Below, piece after piece: positions 56,182-64,000 of a stretch of 64,000 nt of DNA. Made by a program: the position numbers and the translations under genes. A model generated the notes under the pieces. The model did no database searches. It was not told where the DNA came from and saw only the letters and a list, made by a program, of their open reading frames with translations. Source of the stretch: an uncultured Pseudomonadota bacterium (GTDB lineage: Bacteria > Pseudomonadota > Gammaproteobacteria > Methylococcales > Methylomonadaceae). Position 1 is the first letter of the stretch. Each line of letters starts with the position of its first letter. The stretch is taken from positions 101,765 through 165,764 of the forward strand of contig CAVPMI010000001.1 of assembly GCA_963705975.1 (NCBI GenBank), read 5' to 3'.

Positions 56182-58188
56182 ATGAGTAAACTCAATTCTC
56201 AGCAGCAAGCAGCTGTAAAAATTATTGATCGGCCATTATTGGTGCTAGCAGGCGCCGGTAGCGGAAAAACTCGCGTCATTACCGAGAAGATTGCCTATCT
56301 GGTACAGCAAGGCATACCTGCCAGGACGATTGCCGCAGTAACGTTTACCAACAAGGCTGCCAGAGAAATGAAAAGCCGGGTTAGCCGTTTGCTGGACGAC
56401 AAGCAGGCGCGCGGCCTTAGAGTGTCCACCTTTCATTCTCTGGGATTGGATATATTACGCTTAGAACATCAAGCGCTAAAGTATAAACCGGCTATCACGC
56501 TATTCGATGAGCAAGATAAACTGAGTCTGTTACGGCAATTAGTCGGGCATGGCGTTGAGGGTTGTGATGTGGATACCGTAGATTCTTATTGCTACAGAAT
56601 CGGCCAATGGAAAAATGCTTTTATTAGTTGCGAGCAAGCTTTACAGGGCGCTGATACCCAAGAAAATTTAGCCGCCGCAACGCTCTACCAGCAATATAAC
56701 CGTAGCCTTAAGGCTTACAATGCGGTAGATTTTGATGACTTAATTGGTTTGCCGGTGGTGCTGTTTCAACAGCATCCGCAAGTATTGGAAAAATGGCGGA
56801 ATAAAATCCGTTACTTATTGGTGGATGAATATCAGGATACGAATATCACCCAGTATGAATTGGTGAAAGCTTTGGCAGGTAGCTTAGGCCGATTTACCGT
56901 AGTGGGTGATGACGATCAGTCTATTTATGCTTGGCGAGGGGCTCAGCCGGAGAATTTGAGTCAGTTGCAGAAAGATTACCAGCGCCTGAAAATCATCAAA
57001 CTCGAGCAGAACTATCGTTCCGCCGGCCGGATTCTTAAGGTGGCGAATCAATTAATCGCCAATAATCCGCATGTGTATGAGAAAAAATTGTGGAGTGAGT
57101 TAGGCTACGGTGACCCATTAAAAGTGCTTAGCCACAAAAACGATGTGGCCGAAGCCAAGCAGGTGACTGCAGAGATCATCCATCATCGCTTCAAAACCGG
57201 CGGCAGTTACGGGGATTACGCTATTCTCTATAGAGGCAATCACCAGTCCAGGTTATTCGAGAAAGAGCTGCGCGAAAACAATGTGCCTTATTTTATTAGC
57301 GGCAGCACGTCTTTTTTCGCCTATGCAGAAATTAAGGATATTTTGGCCTATTTACGTTTGCTGGTTAATCCTGGCGATGACGCTGCTTTCCTGCGGGTTA
57401 TCAATACGCCGCGCCGAGAGATAGGTCCAAATACGCTGGAAAAACTTGGCGCCTATGCCAATGAGCGGCAGATTAGTTTACTGGTCGCCTGTTCTGAGTT
57501 AGGTTTACAGCAGAGATTGTCCGATAAATCTGTGCAAAGACTGCGTAAATTTTGCGCATGGTTAGCGGATACTGCAGTCAAAATCGAACGTGAAGATACG
57601 TTTGCTGTTATTCATAAGTTAGTTGATGAAATACAGTATCCGCAATGGCTGCAAGAAAACAGTAAAAGTTCGGCCTCAGCGGAGCGTAAGTTGAAAAATG
57701 TCTATGAGTTAATCGATTGGTTGCAGCGCATTGCCGGTAATCAGCAGACAGAGGAAAAGTCGTTGGCCGAAGTGATTGCCAAAGTGATGTTGCTCGACAT
57801 CTTGGACCGGAACCAGGAGCAGGAAGCCGGCGATCAGGTGAGTCTAATGACCTTACATGCAGCCAAAGGCTTAGAATTTCCGCATGTATTTTTGATCGGC
57901 ATGGAAGAAAATTTATTACCGCATCAAAACAGTATCGAAACTGACAATATAGAGGAGGAACGCCGGCTGGCCTATGTGGGCATTACCCGTGCGCAAAAAA
58001 CCTTGACGTTTAGCTATTGTACCCACCGTAAACGCTATGGGGAATTGCAGGAATGCGAACCAAGCCGGTTTTTAAGCGAGTTGCCGGAAGATGATCTGGA
58101 GTGGCTGAACAAAAAACAATTGCCTGCAGAAGAAATTAAGCAGCGTGGTAAGGCTAATCTGGCGCAGTTGAAATCTATGCTGATTTGA
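56182..58188 (+). CDS. rep: ATP-dependent DNA helicase Rep
   Basis: 668 aa. LVLAGAGSGKTRVIT, AVTFTNKAAREM, LVDEYQDTN, plus length and N-terminus similar to E. coli Rep. Confidence 0.85.
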   Translation: MSKLNSQQQAAVKIIDRPLLVLAGAGSGKTRVITEKIAYLVQQGIPARTIAAVTFTNKAAREMKSRVSRLLDDKQARGLRVSTFHSLGLDILRLEHQALKYKPAITLFDEQDKLSLLRQLVGHGVEGCDVDTVDSYCYRIGQWKNAFISCEQALQGADTQENLAAATLYQQYNRSLKAYNAVDFDDLIGLPVVLFQQHPQVLEKWRNKIRYLLVDEYQDTNITQYELVKALAGSLGRFTVVGDDDQSIYAWRGAQPENLSQLQKDYQRLKIIKLEQNYRSAGRILKVANQLIANNPHVYEKKLWSELGYGDPLKVLSHKNDVAEAKQVTAEIIHHRFKTGGSYGDYAILYRGNHQSRLFEKELRENNVPYFISGSTSFFAYAEIKDILAYLRLLVNPGDDAAFLRVINTPRREIGPNTLEKLGAYANERQISLLVACSELGLQQRLSDKSVQRLRKFCAWLADTAVKIEREDTFAVIHKLVDEIQYPQWLQENSKSSASAERKLKNVYELIDWLQRIAGNQQTEEKSLAEVIAKVMLLDILDRNQEQEAGDQVSLMTLHAAKGLEFPHVFLIGMEENLLPHQNSIETDNIEEERRLAYVGITRAQKTLTFSYCTHRKRYGELQECEPSRFLSELPEDDLEWLNKKQLPAEEIKQRGKANLAQLKSMLI

Positions 58189-58295
58189 ATGGTTCAAGTC
58201 GGTGAGTAGCAAGAGTTGGCTTTTTCCAAAATCTCAGGAATTAGCCTTCGACCGTGATCCAGAAAACTGTCGGTAATTTAAAATATGTTATTGCA

Positions 58296-58337
58296 AGACC
58301 TGGTGCTGAAGTTGCGAGACCTGGTGCTGAAGTTGCG
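58296..58337 (+). repeat. Perfect 21-bp tandem duplication AGACCTGGTGCTGAAGTTGCG x2
   Basis: Read directly: 58296-58316 and 58317-58337. Confidence 0.9.
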
Positions 58338-58419
58338 TTACATTCCTCGCATTTTTTTTGCAAGCCAGATGCCAGGGAAAACAGAAGAAATCATTAAAAT
58401 TGGTAACTGTTCAGAATCA

Positions 58420-58455
58420 AGAAAAGTAGAAATTCCCCTCTTTTTAAATGAGGGG
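58420..58455 (-). terminator. Terminator hairpin downstream of the protease gene
   Basis: CCCCTC (58435-40) and GAGGGG (58450-55). On the minus strand it is followed by AATTTCTACTTTTC. Confidence 0.5.
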
Positions 58456-58477
58456 ATCTAAAACATTAACGCTGGTT

Positions 58478-59827
58478 TTATTTCAACACCACAAAAAAAC
58501 CTTCGCCGTCACGTTGCAGGTTGATCAGCAAGGCTGAGCGCGGATTGACGACTTGTTTAAATTCATCTAGATTTCTGATCCGGTAGCGATTTGCGGAAAT
58601 GATAATATCGCCGGGGCGTAAGCCGGTTTTCCAGGCATAAGATTTCTGATCGATTTTTTCAAACATGACGCCTTCAATTTGATCCTTAGGCGTGGCGCTG
58701 AGGACAGTGCCTTTTAGAGTGGGATGCAGATTGTCGCCAATTAGTTGCGGTCGTATTGGTTTGCCAATGGTAGCTTTCAGGGTTTTATGCTCTTCGCCCC
58801 GCATGATGTCTATGCTGGCCGTATCGCCAACTTGCATTAAGCCAATAGCGTTACGAATTTGGCTGCTACCGGATTTTATGTCCTGGCCGTTAATGGCCAG
58901 GACAATATCACCAGCCTCCAGACCGGCTTTTTCAGCGGGCGAGCCGGCTTCAACCCGGCTGACCACAGCGCCGTGTTGGCTTTTCAGGGCAAAAGCATTG
59001 ATCAGTTCCGGGGTTAAGTCCTGGGTTGTGATGCCGAGCAGACCGCGCCTAACTTCACCGTGTTGGATCAGCGACTCCATGAGAGTCATTACCATATTGG
59101 AAGGGATGGCAAAACCGATGCCGACATTTCCACCGCTTGGCGCCAGAATAGCGGTATTCATGCCGACAAATTCACCGCGCAAATTCACCAAGGCGCCGCC
59201 GGAGTTGCCGGGATTAATGGATGCGTCGGTCTGGATGAAGTCCTCGTAACCTTCAATACCAAGTCCGGAGCGGCCTAAGGCGCTGACGATGCCGGAGGTA
59301 ACGGTTTGGCCGAGTCCGAATGGGTTGCCGATGGCGACCACGAAATCGCCGACGCGCAATTGTTTGGAGTCGGCAACTTTAAGCGCAGTCAGATTGTCGG
59401 CGGGTATTTGAATCACGGCAACATCGGCTTCCGGGTCCGTTCCAACTAACTTAGCAGTGAGTTGGCGACTGTCGCTGAGAGTTACTGTGATTTTATCCGC
59501 CTTGTCGATCACATGATTATTGGTAAGTATATAGCCTTCATCCTTATTGATAATCACTCCTGATCCAAGGCTATTTTTCTGTTGTTGTCTTTGATTTTTG
59601 GGTATGTTGAAGAAACGCCGAAATACGGGGTCGTTCATCAGCGGATTATCTTGCTGTCTGACATTAGTGGAGGTGGAGATGTTTACGACTGCCGGCATGC
59701 TGTTTTCCAGCATGGGGGCCAGTGAAGGCAACGGGGCGCCGTCAGCTTCCGGCGGTAAGGCCGCATTTGCCGATAAAGCTGTTAAGCTGAAAAATAAAAT
59801 CAGAAATAATTTAGTTTGTTTGCTCAT
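58478..59827 (-). CDS. DegP/DegQ (HtrA) family periplasmic serine endoprotease
   Basis: 449 aa with a signal peptide, the TNNHV / D / GNSGGALV catalytic triad context and two PDZ-like regions. Confidence 0.9.
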   Translation of the reverse strand: MSKQTKLFLILFFSLTALSANAALPPEADGAPLPSLAPMLENSMPAVVNISTSTNVRQQDNPLMNDPVFRRFFNIPKNQRQQQKNSLGSGVIINKDEGYILTNNHVIDKADKITVTLSDSRQLTAKLVGTDPEADVAVIQIPADNLTALKVADSKQLRVGDFVVAIGNPFGLGQTVTSGIVSALGRSGLGIEGYEDFIQTDASINPGNSGGALVNLRGEFVGMNTAILAPSGGNVGIGFAIPSNMVMTLMESLIQHGEVRRGLLGITTQDLTPELINAFALKSQHGAVVSRVEAGSPAEKAGLEAGDIVLAINGQDIKSGSSQIRNAIGLMQVGDTASIDIMRGEEHKTLKATIGKPIRPQLIGDNLHPTLKGTVLSATPKDQIEGVMFEKIDQKSYAWKTGLRPGDIIISANRYRIRNLDEFKQVVNPRSALLINLQRDGEGFFVVLK

Positions 59828-59969
59828 CGTGTAATTCTTCCTACTGTAGATTAATCTGCATAGACCTGCCGATTTGAAAAATGTTTCCTTAAAATATTCA
59901 TGAATAATGAACTATCATAGCTGATATTTTCCAGCATTATTTAACCCACTTACAATCTTTAGTTTATGC

Positions 59970-61277
59970 ATGCCTGTTGATAGTCTCTCTGAAGAAGGCC
60001 GTTTGATCCGGCAATTGATTCCTTTGGCAACCCTGCCGTATAGTAGATTTCAGACTTTGTGCGAACAAATGACCGTTGAGAATGCAGAGGACGGAGAATA
60101 TCTATTCAAATACGGTGATTTTAATACCGATCTCTATTATTTGCTGGAGGGTTCCGTTTCTTTGCAGGTTGAAGCGATTAAAGTAGAAACTATCAATGCA
60201 GGTGGTGAGTCGGCAAAGTTTTCTTTGGCGCATCAGATACCCAGAAAAGTCAATGTGATCGCTAAGGGTCGGATTCGGTATTTGCGATTGAACGCTGAAA
60301 TAATGAGGTCGGCGCAGGATGTGCCTTATGAAGAGAGCGAAAGCTATATGATTGTTGATGATTTGGCCGATGATGATGACTGGATGACCAGTTTGCTGAG
60401 GTCTCCCATTTTCAGGGTGCTCCCACCTGCTAATCTGCAAAAAATTCTGATGAGTTTGCAAGAGGTGCGTTATAAAGCCGGTGAAGTTATCATTAATCAG
60501 GGTGACTCGGGCGATTATTACTATATTATTAAAAAAGGCCGTTGTCTGATTAGTAGAAAACCGTGGCTGAATGCCAAAGAAATCAGGTTAGGGCAGTTAA
60601 CAGATAAAGAGGCTTTTGGAGAGGATGCGCTGATTTCCGGTGAGCCTAGAAATGTAAGTATTACTGCCTTAAGCGATGTTTCCTTGTTACGCTTAGGTAA
60701 AGAACAATTTATTACATTGATGAAGAAGCCGGCACTGAAATATGTCAGCTTTAACGATATGCAAGGCTTGTTTGCAGAAGGCTCACAATTAATAGATGTC
60801 AGAGAACCTAGCGAGTTCAATAAATTTCATTTGCCCCGTAGTATCAATGTTCCGTTCTATTCTTTGCGCATGCATTTTAAATCGTTGAATCGACACCAGG
60901 CCGTGATTGTCGTTTGTGAAGATGGCAGAAGTAGCGAAACGGCTGCCTTTATTTTATTACGACAAAGATTTAATGCGTTGGTTCTGATTGGTGGCATTGC
61001 TGGCGCAAGGGAGGGTGGATTTCTTGAGGCACAACCTGTATTTTCAGTCGACAAGGCCGAGGCGCCGTCTGAATCTATTCAAGTCGAGTCACAAACTGAA
61101 GCGATAGATTTGCCGAATCATGATGAGACTCGAAAATTACGCGAAATCATTATGAAATTCAAAAACCATTGTCGAGTTTTGGAATCTGAAAAAAAAGCCT
61201 TGCAACAACAATGTATTTTGCTTGCCAAGCGGCTTAAGGCATTGGAAGCGGAACTGAAGGCAGTTAAGAATGAATAG
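59970..61277 (+). CDS. Protein with two cyclic-nucleotide-binding domains, a rhodanese domain and a C-terminal coiled coil
   Basis: 435 aa. FGEDALISGEPRNVSITALSDVSLLRL (cNMP), LIDVREPSEFNKFHLPRSINVP...VVCEDGRSS (rhodanese) and a heptad-like tail LQQQCILLAKRLKALEAELKAVK. Confidence 0.75.
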   Translation: MPVDSLSEEGRLIRQLIPLATLPYSRFQTLCEQMTVENAEDGEYLFKYGDFNTDLYYLLEGSVSLQVEAIKVETINAGGESAKFSLAHQIPRKVNVIAKGRIRYLRLNAEIMRSAQDVPYEESESYMIVDDLADDDDWMTSLLRSPIFRVLPPANLQKILMSLQEVRYKAGEVIINQGDSGDYYYIIKKGRCLISRKPWLNAKEIRLGQLTDKEAFGEDALISGEPRNVSITALSDVSLLRLGKEQFITLMKKPALKYVSFNDMQGLFAEGSQLIDVREPSEFNKFHLPRSINVPFYSLRMHFKSLNRHQAVIVVCEDGRSSETAAFILLRQRFNALVLIGGIAGAREGGFLEAQPVFSVDKAEAPSESIQVESQTEAIDLPNHDETRKLREIIMKFKNHCRVLESEKKALQQQCILLAKRLKALEAELKAVKNE

Positions 61278-61316
61278 CTAGCCGAGAAATGATTATCGAC
61301 TAGCTTAAATCGTGTA

Positions 61317-61472
61317 TTATTTAATTTTTGCTTCTTTATAAATAACGTGTCTGCGAACAACAGGATCAAATTTCTTGATCTCCATTTTTTCAGGCATGGT
61401 TTTTTTATTTTTAGTGGTTGTGTAAAAATGGCCGGTGCCTTCAGTTGAAACCAGTTTGATTTTGTCGCGCAT
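61317..61472 (-). CDS. rpmG: 50S ribosomal protein L33
   Basis: Own translation: [51 protein letters not shown]. Below the ORF-track cut-off. Confidence 0.9.
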   Translation of the reverse strand: MRDKIKLVSTEGTGHFYTTTKNKKTMPEKMEIKKFDPVVRRHVIYKEAKIK

Positions 61473-61483
61473 TATTATTCTCC

Positions 61484-61720
61484 TTAAAATTTTTCGCCGC
61501 GGGCGCGCATTTCGAGCAATACGGCGTCAATGCCATTTTTATCGATGATACGCATGGCTTTGGATGATATTCTTAAGCGCACCCAACGGTTTTCGGCCTC
61601 AACCCAGAATCTGTGGTGATGCAGATTCGGTGTAAACCGTCTTTTGGTTCTGTTGTTAGCGTGCGAAACGTTGTGCCCGCTCATGGGACGCTTTCCTGTT
61701 ACTTGGCATACTCTGGACAT
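61484..61720 (-). CDS. rpmB: 50S ribosomal protein L28
   Basis: [33 protein letters not shown].... Confidence 0.95.
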   Translation of the reverse strand: MSRVCQVTGKRPMSGHNVSHANNRTKRRFTPNLHHHRFWVEAENRWVRLRISSKAMRIIDKNGIDAVLLEMRARGEKF

Positions 61721-61859
61721 GACTACCTCAATGCGAGTTTTTATTTCAAAATAGCCGGACTTTATACCAAAAAATCTTTTTCAGGTAAACAACCATCTGA
61801 AAAATAAATTTGCTAGAATTTTATTATATGCTTCAATTGTGAATTAAAACAGGACTGAA

Positions 61860-62810
61860 ATGGCGATTAAACTTGGCATGGTCATGGACCCTATAGGTCA
61901 GATCAATATCAAAAAAGACACGAGTTTTGCGATGCTTCTGGAAGCGCAAATTCGCGGTTGGGAACTACACTATATGGAGCTTGGAGATCTGTTTTTAAGC
62001 AATGGAGTGGCTTATGCCAGGACACGGACTATGCAGCTTCAGCGAGATCCAAGTGATTGGTATAGCTTTCTGGGAGAGCATGAGCTGGCTCTTTCCGAAT
62101 TGAATGTCATTATGATGCGTAAAGATCCGCCTTTTAATCAGGAATACATTTATGCAACTTACATTTTGGAACAAGCAGAATCTCAAGGTGTCTATGTAGT
62201 TAATAAGCCGCAGTCTTTAAGAGACGCCAATGAAAAAATGTTTACGGCTTGGTTTCCGCACTGTTGTACAGATACACTGGTGGCGAGAGAACCGAATAAA
62301 ATCCGCATTTTTTTACAGAAACATCATGAAATTATTCTCAAGCCCTTAGATGGCATGGGTGGGGCCTCGATTTTTTATGTGCGGGAAAATGACCCTAATC
62401 TGAGCGTCATTTTGGAAACGATGACCGAACATAGTCAACGCTTCATTATGGCGCAAAAGTATCTGCCGGATATCAAAAATGGCGATAAACGGATTTTAAT
62501 GGTCAATGGCGAGCCTGTACCGTATTGTTTGGCGCGGATACCCGCCAGTGGCGAGAGTCGCGGAAATTTGGCAGCCGGCGGTCGTGGTGAAGGTCGTGAG
62601 TTGAGCGCCCGAGATCGCTGGATTGCTGAGCAGGTAGGGCCAACGTTGAAGGAGAAGGGTTTAGTGTTTGTCGGCATAGATGTGATTGGAGATTACCTGA
62701 CTGAGGTTAATGTTACCAGCCCCACCTGCGTACAGGAACTCGACAAACAATTTGGGATTAATATTAGTGCATTACTAATGGACCATATTGAGACGAAATT
62801 AAACGTATGA
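61860..62810 (+). CDS. gshB: Glutathione synthetase
   Basis: 316 aa. IKLGMVMDPIGQINIKKDTSFAMLLEAQIRGWEL... matches the E. coli GshB N-terminus, with an ATP-grasp C-terminal half. Confidence 0.9.
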   Translation: MAIKLGMVMDPIGQINIKKDTSFAMLLEAQIRGWELHYMELGDLFLSNGVAYARTRTMQLQRDPSDWYSFLGEHELALSELNVIMMRKDPPFNQEYIYATYILEQAESQGVYVVNKPQSLRDANEKMFTAWFPHCCTDTLVAREPNKIRIFLQKHHEIILKPLDGMGGASIFYVRENDPNLSVILETMTEHSQRFIMAQKYLPDIKNGDKRILMVNGEPVPYCLARIPASGESRGNLAAGGRGEGRELSARDRWIAEQVGPTLKEKGLVFVGIDVIGDYLTEVNVTSPTCVQELDKQFGINISALLMDHIETKLNV

Positions 62811-63706
62811 TTGAAAGACAAGGGCCAGAGATGGACAATTATGCCTTGCCAAACAGCGATACCTTGTTGTTGGCAGTATTTGCTGCGGTTGTGGTACATG
62901 TGCTGATTTTGTCGGGTGTGAACTTTAGTAGTCCGCAGCCGCATAAAATCAGCAAGTCTTTGGAGATTACGCTGGCAAGCGCGCCCGTGAAAAATGCCGT
63001 GAAACAAGCAAAATATTTGGCAGCTGAGAATCAATTCGCCGCCGGCGAGCATACAAAAAAGCCGGAGCCCTTGGCTGAAAACTCACCGTCCAGCAGCCGT
63101 CCTGTGGTTACGCCGGCCAAGAAACCGGAGCCGGTAAATATTGCCGAGTCAAAAAAACTTGTGGTGCAAAAGCTACTTACCAAGCCGGAATCGCCACTTA
63201 AAGTGGCTACGCCGGCACTTGCTCCTGAACAGACGGTTGACGTTGTGGAAGCTAAGCCGGTGTTATCAGCAGAGATGCTGCAACAACAGATAGCCGAATA
63301 CACTTCTGCTGCCAGTATGCGTGCAAGTCAACAAAGTGCCGAAAATTCAAAAATCAAGTTTGCGAATTCAATTAGCGCGCATAAATATCTCGCTGCGCAG
63401 TATGTGCGGGATTGGACGGATAAGATAGAGCGCATCGGGGCGTTGAATCTTCCCGAATATGAGCAATATGCGCGTAACAAAGACAAGGCGCAATTATCAA
63501 TGGATGTCGGAATTAATCCGGATGGCAGTATTTATAGCATGCGTATTGTAAAATCTTCCGGTAATACGGCTTTAGACGAAGCCGCCAAACACATTGTAAA
63601 AATGAGTGCGCCGTTTGCGCCTTTGCCGGATGATTTGTTGCGTGAAGTAAATGTTTTGATTATTACCAGAGTCTGGGAATTTAGAGCCGGCATGACCGCC
63701 CGCTAG
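62807..63706 (+). CDS. TonB-family C-terminal domain protein
   Basis: 299 aa. N-terminal TM, a Pro/Lys/Glu-rich spacer and a TonB_C-like end (...GSIYSMRIVKSSGNTALDEAAKHIVKMSAPFAPLP). Its position after gshB is as in Pseudomonas. Confidence 0.75.
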   Translation: MIERQGPEMDNYALPNSDTLLLAVFAAVVVHVLILSGVNFSSPQPHKISKSLEITLASAPVKNAVKQAKYLAAENQFAAGEHTKKPEPLAENSPSSSRPVVTPAKKPEPVNIAESKKLVVQKLLTKPESPLKVATPALAPEQTVDVVEAKPVLSAEMLQQQIAEYTSAASMRASQQSAENSKIKFANSISAHKYLAAQYVRDWTDKIERIGALNLPEYEQYARNKDKAQLSMDVGINPDGSIYSMRIVKSSGNTALDEAAKHIVKMSAPFAPLPDDLLREVNVLIITRVWEFRAGMTAR

Positions 63707-63716
63707 TTCAAACTTA

Positions 63717-64000
63717 CATGAACATGATGAATATAACCTACCTAAATAATCAGTTTTTGATAGCGATGCCCGGCTTAGCCGACCCGCATTTTTTTCATAC
63801 CGTGACCTATTTGTGCCAGCATAATCAGGAAGGGGCCTTAGGTATTGTCATCAACCGGCCGACCGGGATGAAATTGGCGGATATTTTTCAGCAAATGGGT
63901 ATTCAAACCGATTTGCCTAATGTTTTGAATACGCCGGTATTTGCCGGCGGGCCGGTGCAGCAGGAACGGGGGTTTGTGATTCACAGTCCTTGCGAGCAAC
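63717..64000 (+). CDS. yqgE: YqgE/AlgH family (UPF0301) protein, 3' end runs off the window
   Basis: MNMMNITYLNNQFLIAMPGLADPHFFHTVTYLCQHNQEGALGIVINRP.... Confidence 0.85.

Overview
This 64-kb window looks like a gammaproteobacterial chromosome. The evidence is Pseudomonas-like gene order (nrdR-ribD-ribE-ribBA-ribH-nusB-thiL-pgpA, gshB-tonB-yqgE, pilS-pilR, rpmB-rpmG). I cannot name the genus from the sequence.

Most of the window is ordinary core or sensory content:
- a partial Fic gene
- a methyl-accepting chemotaxis protein and two large outer-membrane barrels
- HD-GYP and GGDEF-EAL c-di-GMP proteins
- an RND efflux operon in the order pump-adaptor-outer membrane factor, with a frameshifted outer-membrane gene
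- an OmpR-type two-component pair and pilSR
- sucCD, nadE, lexA, tex, the riboflavin/nusB/thiL/pgpA cluster
- a small toxin-antitoxin patch (degraded vapC plus an intact DUF1778/GNAT pair)
- MoxR-DUF58, rep helicase, a DegP-family protease, L28/L33, gshB, a TonB-like gene and yqgE

The stand-out is a roughly 9.2-kb, visibly AT-rich insertion at 29932..39129. It splits a DUF45/YgjP-type metallopeptidase gene exactly at its HEXXH motif. It is bounded by an identical 7-bp core (CATGCAC), and a tyrosine-recombinase attP core can be reconstructed from the two junctions.

The element carries:
- two dissimilar tyrosine recombinases
- a phiX174/P2-gpA-type HUH rolling-circle initiator
- helically phased TTTACCCC arrays at both ends, and a dense repeat/hairpin region
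- a cargo pair: a cytoplasmic 11-repeat Sel1 protein followed by a 269-aa orphan

No capsid, packaging or conjugation genes are visible. I regard it as a candidate new small integrative rolling-circle element, possibly satellite-like, with an uncharacterised two-gene cargo module.

All calls come from reading the sequence and ORF translations. No database search was possible, so family names are recollections of signature motifs.
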